From the NCBI GenBank assembly GCA_977020255.1, contig CDROCS010002540.1, positions 496,001-560,000 on the forward strand: a stretch of DNA of 64,000 bases, in the 5' to 3' direction. The DNA comes from Obrimoposthia wandeli. Taxonomy: Eukaryota. How positions within the stretch are numbered: the stretch's first letter is position 1; each line of letters opens with the position of its first letter. The translations under genes were made by a program, and so were the position numbers. The notes beneath the pieces are model-generated. The model was not told where the DNA came from and made no database searches. It saw only the letters and a list, made by a program, of their open reading frames with translations. This document shows positions 12,901 to 23,908 of the stretch, one piece after another.

Positions 12901-14399
12901 TAATAACACCTGTAAAATGAACAAATTTATAAATTTAACTACTCATGCATCCAAACTGTAAAATATTTATTGTCATTTTCTGTCAGACCATCCCACTCTT
13001 TCTGTATTACGTATTCAATTATTTAATTAAATTGCTTCCAATTTCTAAACGTTTTTTTCTTTAAAGGTGGTTTCAACTTTGTTAATTCTAAATTTGTACG
13101 TTTATGGCTCTCCAAACTGCGGGTCTTAAATTCAAATCATTGACTGCTACATCGTTTTTTCTAAGTACATTCGGCCATTTTTAAACACATTTTCACTTGT
13201 AGATTAATTATAAAAGAAATGCATTGACCTGACTCTTCTTGTATCCCATTTTGATATCAATATTGAAATATTTATAGAAATATTTTATATCATAAGTAAT
13301 ACCTGTATTTAAATTTTTTTTTGTTTTGTATAAAAATTAACCAGTTATTTTAATCTCATAAAATTGTGATGTTCTTATTTATTTGAACAACGATATCAAC
13401 AAAATTATCCAAATAACAAATACTCTAGCGGATATTGTTGGCATTTTAATTAGCAATCGTCGTTGTGCTTACTAGAAATGTGACATTAAACCGTATTTTT
13501 GGGAAAATTTTCAGAATGATCTAAAATTACATAATTTACCTACTCTTAATATTTCAGAAACCTTTCTGCTAAATTCCAAATAAAGAATGTGTGTAATTTC
13601 TAAAACACTATCTATTCTCTACTTATTTATAGTGCTGGGATTTTTTTAAAACTTTGATGTTGTCTAATTTTTATCTAAAAGTGTTTTAATTCAAATTCAG
13701 TTTTATAATAAATTTTATTAAAAACTATTTATCTATAGTTATACAACATAAAATATTTTATATTTTTAAAGCAACTAAAATTTTTAATGGTACAAGTCAA
13801 AGAATTTTTTTCTTGTTTATATAAACAGTCATAAAAGGTAAATCTTTCTTTCCAGTGACGGGGCATCAAAATTAAATTTCTTATTTCTATTTCACATCAA
13901 CAACCAACTGACTGTCTACATCAGATGGCGACTTCTATATAGCTCACTATCTCTACAGATAATCAGTTAGCCCACACAAACACAGGCAGTCCACACACTA
14001 CCAATCACTTAGAACTAGCATCCACAAACTAGGTACACCAGCTCGTGTGCAGAAACCACAAAACTGGCTCAATTATATTGGCAAAAATTCAAATTGTTAG
14101 CCGAATCACATCTAATCGTACTTTATTTAGCGTTTAAAATGCATTTTAATATTTTAACAAAGGCTTTTCTCCGTTGTGCAAAAGGCTTAGACGTTTCAGT
14201 TGAGAAAATTGTATATATTTTTTGAATAAAACACTACTAATTGGAAATGAAATTATTTACTACTAATTTAAGCACACAAATGATATTTTATTAAAAAGAA
14301 TATAACTCAAAAGAAAATATTATTAAAAAAAATTTGAATCGCCAAAATGTGATTTTTTACAAACAAGCTGAATAGTTTTAGTTGGTTGTTTTTTAAAAT

Positions 14400-15520
14400 A
14401 AAAATATGAAATTTCGCAACTATCATCAAGCTCAGTGAGTTTAGTTTTCCACTTTTTAAATTCTGAAATCGCATAAACTTCTGCGTTTGTGGTTGTCATT
14501 TCGTCTTCCCTGGTGATATCAAAATCTTTTTGTCAAGAATATCTTTAGTTAATACATCATTTTGTAGGTAAATTACAATTTCTACTCCGAACAATGCAAT
14601 AAAATCATTTATGTCTTGGCTCAAATTTGATTTGAAAGCTATGTATTCTCTTAAGTTCGTCTTTGCTGTAAGTTATCAATATCAATCGCACCCATCTTTA
14701 AAATGTTCAAAACATTTTTCTTCATCTTTTATATCAGATTTTTTTTCCAATCAATGTTTAAAATCAACATCTGCTGTAGAAAGGAATGTAAATTATCTTT
14801 TTTAGTTTTCTTTTGAACTAATTCCATAGATTTCGAACGCTTTTTGATGGTTTGAAACTTTTGTGTTCCCATATTTAGTTTGTTTGCTGTTTTAATGACT
14901 CCTACATCTAGTGGTCGTAATAACCCAGTAAGTTTTGAGTGCACAATTGCAGTATGATATTTTATTTCTCCAAAGTCTTACGTTATTTTAATTTCACATG
15001 ATATCTGTATGAATCAATAATTAGCAATACATGATATCTTTTAAAAACAGTTTGTCGACGTTTCTTTACGACGTCATCAATGCAATCTCTTAATATCTGA
15101 TCGTTAAACGTAACTAAAATATTGATATCAACTGGACATTCTGGATTAAATGATGTCTTCAGATCTTCAAATAAAAGATTTCCTTACTCTGTAATAATGA
15201 AGGTAGTAGAATTTGCCTACTTTTCGCATGAAGACTTCTCGTGTACCTTTTTGTTATTGTTGACTTTGGCTCACTTTCAAAGAACTTGATTCGAATAGAT
15301 TATAATTTCATCTTTAATCTTATGTTTTTCAATGATATTATGGATTTCATGTAGAAAACTCCAGGTGATTTCATTCACATTCTGGTTTTTTGTTGTTGCG
15401 TGTCGTCGAGAAATGACATAGTGATGTTTAAATCTATTGACCCACCCACTTGATGCTTTGAAAATATCGTGGTTTAGATCGCTGTCTGATTGTTGTAATT
15501 AGGCATAAAAATATTTTCTA
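14400..15520 (-). mobile_element. pogo/Tc5-like (CENP-B HTH plus DDE_1) transposase relic
   Basis: FKASSGWVNRFKHHYVISRRHATT; KGTREVFMRKVG; LTGLLRPLDVGVIKT. Confidence 0.85.
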
Positions 15521-15769
15521 TCTATACATATTTATTCATCATTCACAATTTTTTAAATTTCTTTCCATGACCCCACTAATTACTTTAAATTCAATATCTT
15601 CAAACTGCGACTTTAATCTTTAATTGAAATAAGACTGGCAAATTCTGTATTTGCTTACCAGCTTATATATAAAACACAGATCAATCACATCACGCCTGGA
15701 ATCCGTAGATGGTAGGCTTAGAGAGGGATGTGACTGATCTGCAAAGAACATCTAACAGTGATAAAAAGT

Positions 15770-16207
15770 TACCCAAACGAGACAAAAAATACGAGAACAC
15801 AAAATTGTAAAAACATGTCATGTGATGGCCTGGTGCATTTCGTAGGATAACAAAATCCCCAGTCTTCTTGTGGCAGCTCCTGTGTTTCTGGCGCTCTTGT
15901 TGGCGCGTCTGCCGGATTGTCTTCTGTCCTCGTAAATCTATTCGTATCGCTCTTCTGACTTCTGGGATTTTCTCAAGTTTATAGAAGATGTTGGAAATCT
16001 TCATGTGAAGTTTCGGAAGATGTGGCGTTAAATGTTTGAAATCCACGATTAGCCTACTTAGCTGTGAGTTGGCCTTCGGAACCATCCTCACTTGTGAGCA
16101 AAAGGGGCCTTTCGTAGACTTTTCCACAATGCCGACTTTGATTAGACCTTGTACACATGCGTAAATATAAACACTTTCCTGAGGATCGATGACTTTGCGT
16201 TTTCTCT
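15770..16207 (-). pseudogene. DIRS-like RT fragment, copy 2, apparently fused to an RNase H C-terminal motif
   Basis: GLIKVGIVEKSTKGPFCSQVRMVPKANSQLSRLIVDFKHLTPHLPKLHMK...IRIDL, then in a shifted frame RTEDNPADAPTR. The 5' side is cut by a hAT end at 16216. Confidence 0.65.
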
Positions 16208-16215
16208 GTCTAGAG

Positions 16216-16440
16216 CAGTGCCCGGGAAACTTTTCATTCAACGCTCGGGGCCAGAAATGCGAAAAAAAAACCTTCTAAATTATCTTCTTTCCTTAATTGA
16301 ACTTCTCTTCTTAATTGAACTTATTTTCCTTTTCTTGGCTAACTTTTTTTTGGGGCCCTTTTCAATAGATTTAATATATTTATTTACCTACGCATTAAAC
16401 ATGACCTTCATGGTCCTAAATATTTAAAATTTTAATTTTA
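16216..16440 (+). mobile_element. hAT-type terminal fragment
   Basis: Begins CAGTGCCCGGGAAACTTTT immediately after GTCTAGAG, similar to the 23909 terminus and its target site. The opposite end was not found. Confidence 0.55.
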
Positions 16441-16946
16441 TAATTAATTTTATTCCATATTTAACCTTGCTTTCAAGGATTTTATTTTGATAAAAAACAA
16501 TTAATTTCTTCTAAAATTATTCAAAACCTTATCCTAACACTGGTATTAAATATGTATTAAGCCAGCTTCCAAAATGTCTTGGACCTTGAAGGCGAGGCAG
16601 CTAAAAATGTAAGGTCAAGGTGCAAATTGTATCTCGTAAAAAGTGTAAAGCGCAACATATGAAACAAATGGTACCGTTACTAAAATTCCGACGAAAACGG
16701 AGCATTTGGAAATGGTATATCGATTGAATACAGATACATTTCTAAGATTTTTCAAGCGCTTTTTTAAGAAGATTAGATATACCAGTAATCATTATTTTCG
16801 ATAACGGAACCAATTTCGTGGTTTCTGTTAGAGACATCAAAGATAATAAGATTAATTGTTATGCTGTAAAGAGAGAATTTGTGAGAAGCCCAATCAGCTG
16901 GATTTTTAACCCCTATTATTTCGGTAGAGATTTTGAGATAGTATAA

Positions 16947-17367
16947 AATATCAAGTTTTTGCAATGAAAACATTCTAATTAGCCGCGGCTTGTTAACATG
17001 GTGCGGTTTATTGTATGGAATATCAAGGTTTTGCAATGAAAACATTCTAATTAGCCGCGGCTTGTTAACATGGTGCGGTTTATTGTATGGAATATCAAGG
17101 TTTTGCAATGAAAACATTCTAATTAGCCGCGGCTTGCTAACATGGTGCGGTTTATTGTATGGAATATCAAGGTTTTGCAATGAAAACAATCTAATTAGCC
17201 GCGGCTTGTTAACATGGTGCGGTTTATTGTATGGAATATCAAGGTTTTGCAATGAAAACATTCTAATTAGCCGCGGCTTGCTAACATGGTGCGGTTTATT
17301 GTATGGAATATCAAGGTTTTGCAATGAAAACAATCTAATTAGCCGCGGCTTGTTAACGTGGTGCGGA
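16947..17367. repeat. 72-bp tandem minisatellite, about 5.8 copies
   Basis: tcaag recurs at 16951, 17023, 17095, 17167, 17239 and 17311. Each unit contains the palindrome AGCCGCGGCT. Confidence 0.97.
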
Positions 17368-17551
17368 TAGTAGCGCGAAAACAGGGTAGGCGAATACGAG
17401 TGTGTCTATTTCGGTAAAAGTATCGTGATTTGGCGAATAGAGGCTGGAACTCCGTCGCCATCAAAGAAGTTTAATTTCATTAGTGGTATATAAAATATAA
17501 TTTCTAAATAGATAACAAAATTTTGAATTTAACGAATGTTACTAAAATTTA

Positions 17552-17971
17552 TTAATCAAGCTCTTCTTCATTCACCAACATATTGACAATGCCATTCATT
17601 ATTTTAAACTCTCGGTTGGTTTCCGGACAAACAAGACATCCTTCAATAATTTCTATTTCCATCATTGCAATATGGGCCAGCTTCAAAAGTTCTTCATTTT
17701 CTTTATAATCATCTGGTAGAATACTTGGCAGAAGTTTCACTGATTCGTCCTCTATCTAAAGCTATATAAATTTGGAAAATTACTAAATCACTTGATTCAA
17801 GGCAGAAATCAAAACATCCCAATCAATTCTGTCGATTAATTTGGCAATAAAATCCTTATTGAAATCTACATTAACATGTTCGATTTTTGTGGATTGGATA
17901 CTAAGAGGGTAACCAACCTTTACGCCTTTCACAAAAGAGGAACTTAGCATATTATGGGTAAAAAGTTTCAT
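17552..17971 (-). CDS. TRM112: TRM112 methyltransferase activator subunit, 127 aa, two exons (17971-17792 and 17755-17552)
   Basis: MKLFTHNMLSS...GYPL...IDW.VL / ...YKENEELLKLAHIAMMEIEIIEGCLVCPETNREF.I.NGIVNML. A phase-0 36-bp intron (17791-17756, GTGATT...CTTTAG) joins the two listed ORFs in frame. Confidence 0.95.
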
Positions 17972-18546
17972 AGTAGATATTTTCAAAAATAAAGTAAAAT
18001 TCGAAAATATTTTAACAAATTTAAAATATAAGCCGAAATTTTTGAGAAATAATCAAGTACCAAAGTGAACCATAAAGTATATTTAAGCTATAAAATTTCA
18101 TGAGTTCTAAATAGTTTTAATTTAGGATTTGATTTCTAACACACAAAAAATCTAAAAATTACTTAAAAAATGAAATAATTTTATTTCATTTTCCAATAGC
18201 ATAAATTTAATGTATTTATATTACCTTTAGTCAGATTAATAGATTTACAAAATAAATATCTACATTTTCGAAATGAAAACTTGATGTAACTTTTTATGAA
18301 AATAAATAAGAAACGAAACCACTATTATCCTCAAATGTTTGTAAACAAATAAAATTTAACTACAATCTAACTATTTATACTAATGCAAAAAAATTACAAT
18401 ACTACTGTGATTTAAAATTTAATACGTTAAAAACACAAAGAGTAACGTTCTTATTTGAACAAAAGTTGTTAATATTTTACTAATATAACACGTAGGCATT
18501 ATGATCGAATAAAGTGCCTATGGGATATTTTATTCCTTTACAATTA

Positions 18547-18900
18547 CAGTGAAACCTCGATATATTGAATTTTAATAAATTGAGCAAATCGTTTCGTTAA
18601 AACGGGGTTTCCTTCACCAGTAATTCAAGAAAATAAAACGATATAAAGATATGAGTTGAATAAAAAGTAGATCTTCGTCGATTGCTTTGACTGAATTTTC
18701 TCTCCAATCAATACAGACTCTAACTTTTGAAGAACAACAGCTTTCAGTAGACCTTGACCAAATGGCAATTGCTCGGGTTACTGACTCAGGTGGTTGCTCT
18801 TCATCACATGGCTGTATTACGCTTCTAACATTTGACTGTTTCAAGCTAAATTCAATCAATTAAACACCTGTAGGTGTGAAGTGACACGCGGATATATTAA
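18547..18900 (-). mobile_element. Tigger/pogo-like terminal relic
   Basis: TA-CAGTGAAACCTCGATATA terminus at 18547, typical of pogo/Tigger TIRs. The adjacent minus-strand ORF is weakly Tigger C-terminus-like. Confidence 0.4.
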
Positions 18901-20358
18901 TCTTCTTTTTCCCTTTTCCACTACTATAATTTTGATTTTTCTAGATATTGCGAAAATGAAATTATTTTAGACATTTTTGGCAATATCTTAAATAAAAAAT
19001 AGTTTTTTTATTGTACAAAGAAATTTTGATATAACAAAATTTATGTGATGTGATAGTCTGTAGGAGTTTCAGTGGAAGAATATATTGTGGGTGCTATATT
19101 TGAAATATTTGATTGGTATTGAAAAAATGATCGTAATTATGCATATAAGGTTTGCAGACCTAGATGGCCATTTTATTATTTGAATACTTTTTTTCTGGTT
19201 TGAGGTTTGCTGTAGCATTTGATAAAATAATTAGTTAGAACAATCTTAAAATATCAGCTTTTAAAAAATTAATAAGATATAAACATACTATTGTTTAAAT
19301 ATTATGTTTCTAAGTCTTTCAGAAATTTATACATTTAAAAGCAATTTAAAATGAAAATAAATCTACTTAATAAAATATGTTAGATGTTAAGTTGAGTTTA
19401 TATATAGAACCTCAAAAATTACTGAGGATTAAATAATTGTCAAGAAATATTTTTTAGGTAATTAATAGTAATCAATATTTTGAATTAAAGAAAATGTTAC
19501 TATTTTTACTTAAACAACAATAAAGTAAACATAAATATATTTTTTAAATACAAAATTTGTGTTCCAAATATTTTGACAAATAATAAGTAAGTCGGGAATT
19601 TCTACATTCGATAACCAATATCCCAACGTCACAATATTGACCATTATTAGTTAGATATCTAACTTTGCACTGTATCTAAAATATATACTTTCTCAGAATT
19701 GGTGTGCTGTCTCTCAATAAATATTCGGTAATTATTTCATATTGACTTTTATATGCTTCTAAACACTTAAGCTTAAAATACGCACAAAAAATGATATGGA
19801 GATTTTTTAATGCTCAGTTTTGTTAAAATAATTAATTTTAAAAAAGTTAAATTACATCATATCAAATACTACAGACTATTATACACTGATACACAGTCCT
19901 ACAAAGTTTTTGGAGTTTTAAAAGCTCTAACAAGACAATGCATTACTTGTTGAACATATCAAATTAGTCGATAACTTCAAACTAATCATGTCTGAGGTAC
20001 AGTATCCGACATAAAAGTTAACTCTATTTGATAGTTGATGTATTAACCATCTTTTGGTTATGTCCAAAACATTTACTATTTGATTTTGCGAAAATACGAT
20101 ACATTACAACAAACATTAACACTTAAACTTGATATCTAAAGATTGAAACTTAGTGTCTTCTTCACCAAAACGATTATATTTTTATTTACAGGAATATTTG
20201 TTACAATCGTTACATAATTCCTCATTATCCATACTTTATTTCCTAAATTAATAATACTTTTTCATCATTCATTTATATAATCAATCCCACTTCATACTCA
20301 TAAACTTTAAAATTCATCATAATTAACAATGGCTATTTATAGACTGATTATGTAACTA

Positions 20359-21635
20359 CAGGGTGGTCCGTAGAAAACCAAAGGATTTAAATAAATTTAT
20401 TTACATTTATAATAAATGTTCAAAATGTTTTCCTTCATTATCCCGACATGTTTGAAGACGTTTTATCCATGATGATGTAGCTTTTCGTATGGTATCCAGA
20501 CTAATATTATCCCAAGCTTGCGTTAAAAATAGTTTGAGTTCATCGATTGTGGAAACCTCTTCGCGTACTAACTGCAATTCATGTAGCACTATTCCCCAAA
20601 TAGCATAGTCCATAACATTTAAGTCTGGACTTTTTGAGGGCCAATCAAGTGGCATAATTAAACTTGGTACATTCTCTTGAAGCCATGAAATAGTCGCATT
20701 GGCTGTGTGTGCTGTAGCTCCATCTTGTTGCCAAATCCACGATTCACCATCCATTACGTTGATTATGTCTTGGAACATTGGGGGGCACATCTCATTACGA
20801 TACACATGCTGATTAACTGTTTTCTTTTTTCTTTTTGAAGAACCAACATTATTCGGTACTTCAGCGAAGCCTTCAATAAATCTTAGTTGTGATTTTCCAT
20901 GCCACGATACTGCACCATAAATCATTATTGATGGCTGCTGTCGATCAACTTCAACAATTAATTCTTCGTTTGGAATATCGGTTTTCACCGTAACTTCTCT
21001 GTATATGCGTTCATTTTGACTATTTATTGGAGGAGAGATATTGAATGAGGCTTCATCAGAGAACCAAACTTTTTTCCATAAATCCTCATGTTGGAAACGT
21101 TCTAGCAAGTTAATTGATTTCAAGTTTCGAGCTTCTTTGTGACGTTCTGTCAGTTTGTGACATTGTATACGTTTATAACATTTTAGAGAACATATTCGTA
21201 ATTCTCTAATTTTTTAGCAATTTGTCTTTGGCTGCTATGCCTATGACGAGGACTGCTTACAGGGGTTACAGCCAGTGCTTTTATTTCCTGCTTCATTGGA
21301 GTAGTTATTATTTTTAAACTTCCTGATCCTTTCTTTCTTTTTTTAGCCATCGCTGCGCCTTCCGTCTTCAACCGAACACATGCTGCATAAAACTGATTTT
21401 CAGTTATTTTACTAAAAAACTGGGGTAAAATGCTTTTACATTTTTCAAGTCCCCACTTAGGATTTTCTTCTTTAAATAAAATAATTACTTGCCTTTGAAA
21501 ATTAGAAATTTGTGGCGTCATAATTTAAATCTAATAAAATTTTAATATTTTATAATATTTAAAACTTACATTTATTGAAAATAGATAAAAATAATTCTTT
21601 TAAACAAATCCTTTGGTTTTCTACGGACCACCCTG
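20359..21635 (-). mobile_element. Full-length Tc1/mariner element, maT (DD37D) family
   Basis: Perfect 30-bp TIRs (CAGGGTGGTCCGTAGAAAACCAAAGGATTT) at 20359-20388 and 21606-21635, TA on both sides. Motifs WFSDE, QQDGATAH and WPSKSPDLNVMDY, with 37 residues between D2 and D3. Confidence 0.97.
20407..21521 (-). pseudogene. maT transposase with one frameshift near 21190-21210
   Basis: ORF 21521-21183 (HTH). A second frame opens as LKCYKRIQCHKLTERHKEAR and runs into ORF 21123-20407. A short deletion in the second helix region is likely. Confidence 0.9.
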
Positions 21636-22734
21636 TACATACAAAGCTACATGCAACAAATCACAAGAAAGCGCATTCATACATATGGGGGCACCGATTA
21701 GTCAGTTTGAATTTGAAATATTATGATTCAGCAAATGCTGTCGACACCCAACCGCTTCTGATGATTGTTAATTCCATGGTTCCAGTCCTCGCTTCTAAGT
21801 CTTGTGAAATTCTTAGATATGATAGAATATGGAATAAACTTTTGAGCTTAAAATCAGTCGATATTTTGCTAGTATTGCTAAAGATTATTTCCATAGCTCT
21901 TTTCTCTTATTTTCCGTTATTTTTATAACGTCTACTTTTAATAATAATTTGCATCAAACCAAGTAACATATTTTATTTCTACTATTTCTTTATTCTCTCA
22001 CTGTACGGATGATTGATTGTCGTAGGGGTCCAGTTAGTTTATACTTGGCGTTGGAGTTGTTTTTCAATCTGTAGAATTTGCCTTCAAAATGGTCATCGGC
22101 TATTGTCTTAGTATTTTTTTAACAGTTTGGAGTTATTAAAGTCTTTAATTTTAATATTTACATTTAATTGTTAACTTGGACAATGGCCTTGGCCAGAACT
22201 ATTAATATCAGCTGTTTACTTTTCATTATTTTATTTGTCTTTCGGAACTCAACGTGTACACACTATAGGTCATTATAGTATTGCATAATTTATGTTTTAC
22301 TTTTCCAACGATACGATTTAAATAATATTTTCTCGAAACTACAAGCTTTACATTTTTAAACTATTATAAAATTTCGAAATTCATAGAGTTTCCCGTAATT
22401 CTAAACATTTTTGGGATATGTAAATCAGTATAAACTGATTGTTTTTGATTAAAAGTAAACTAAGGTTATATATGTGCATATTTTATAGCACATCTATGTT
22501 TATTTTTGTTATTCTTTTGACGTTTGTATTTTTGACCCGAATTTCTACAAACCAATATTTTTTACAATTTTTATTAAAATTCATATAATAAGAGAATAAA
22601 TTTTGACAGAAATTTACAATTCAGTGATTATATATAATTTCCTGAGTTATTTGATTGTATTAGTTTTCTTTCATCAACTTACAATGGTGACTAATTAAAA
22701 TACTACAATTATTAACTTCTTCATTCATATTTAG

Positions 22735-23180
22735 AGACGGAGAGGGTTGATGAAGTTCCAAATAATGTGCATTTTCTAGCAGCAGCTGCATCGAAAAATT
22801 CGAGAACTTCGCTGGCTCCCATTATACAATCCAATATACCATCCGAACCAGCTTCAAAAAATAAGTCCAAGAAACCCTCCTCAAAGTCGAAAATTGATCC
22901 AAGATACAAACTCATCAAAGATGTTGAGTACATGATAAAGACACATTTCAAGAATGCCAGTCTACAGCTAGGTCGAGATTATGAAGTGTGTGTGGAGGCT
23001 AACATTAGAGGGGAAGTTGAGTCTAGCTTCAATTGTCTAATTTGCGCAAAGAAGATCTATATACCCATTAACAAAAGAGGAAAACCTGATTTAAGCAAAG
23101 TTACTAGTCATAATGTTGCTCATTTCGAACAGCGCGTACCGAAAAGCAAAAAACGTGGCTCAAGGATGAGCATTGACTAG
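22735..23180 (+). CDS. Orphan zinc-finger-containing ORF, probably the terminal exon of an unknown gene
   Basis: The frame is open from 22716 to 23180, with a candidate acceptor ATTTAG at 22734. C-x2-C-x21-H-x3-H (CLIC...HNVAH), basic stretches, and GC visibly above the flanks. Confidence 0.5.
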
Positions 23181-23861
23181 ATTTAATGTTAAGATAGATT
23201 ATTTTGCTAAAGATCCACTTATATTTACAGATTTGCTGTATATATGATCCCCGCTAATTTATTCCTAACTATTTTCTTAGCCCGCTTTAGGTTGTTTGTA
23301 TTTGGAAACTGCGTAGTAAATATACATTTCATTTATTTCGAATTTTATGGGTTTTCTGTTGGATTAAGCGCATAATCGTCATCAACATTTCATTCCCTAA
23401 AATAATCGTTCTTTACTAAGCTATTTAAACCCTAGAAATGTATCTGAGTGACACCAAAAATATTTATTGACAATTAAACAATTTCAGAAAACACGTAAAA
23501 TGAAAAAAGTTGTGATCACGAAAATTCTGTAAATTTCTGTTTCTATTATTATCCTTCGCCTATTCTTAGAAATCAAAAATATATTATTTAGTAATTATGA
23601 ATTCCCTATTGTGTAATTCAACTGGCTTTGTAGCAAAAGAAAATGGTCATAAATTATTTTCCGCAAAAATTTGATTTCATATACTAAAATATTAACACCC
23701 TATTCCGGTCTTAATTCTTTTACAAGTTCCTTAGATCTATTGTCATTGCATCAAATAATTTCAAATTGTATTTTTGAGATTTAAAATTTGTTGTAGCCTC
23801 TACTCAAATGGGGTCAACATTCAGTGTTTTTTATCTGAAAAATGACTGCATATATTCAATG

Positions 23862-23906
23862 AATATATTCTACATATATTCTACATATATTCTACATATA
23901 TTCTAG
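23862..23906. repeat. 11-bp tandem repeat (atatattctac), about 4 copies
   Basis: Directly visible; the last unit ends in the hAT target site. Confidence 0.9.
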
Positions 23907-23908
23907 AC

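Noticed and set aside
16947-17367. CRISPR-like array
   Set aside because: The units are near-identical along their whole length with no unique spacers, there are no cas genes, and the context is eukaryotic.
16773-17370. ORFs of 186 aa and 126 aa with 24-aa repeats
   Set aside because: They arise from a 72-bp tandem unit lacking stops in those frames; no coding signal.
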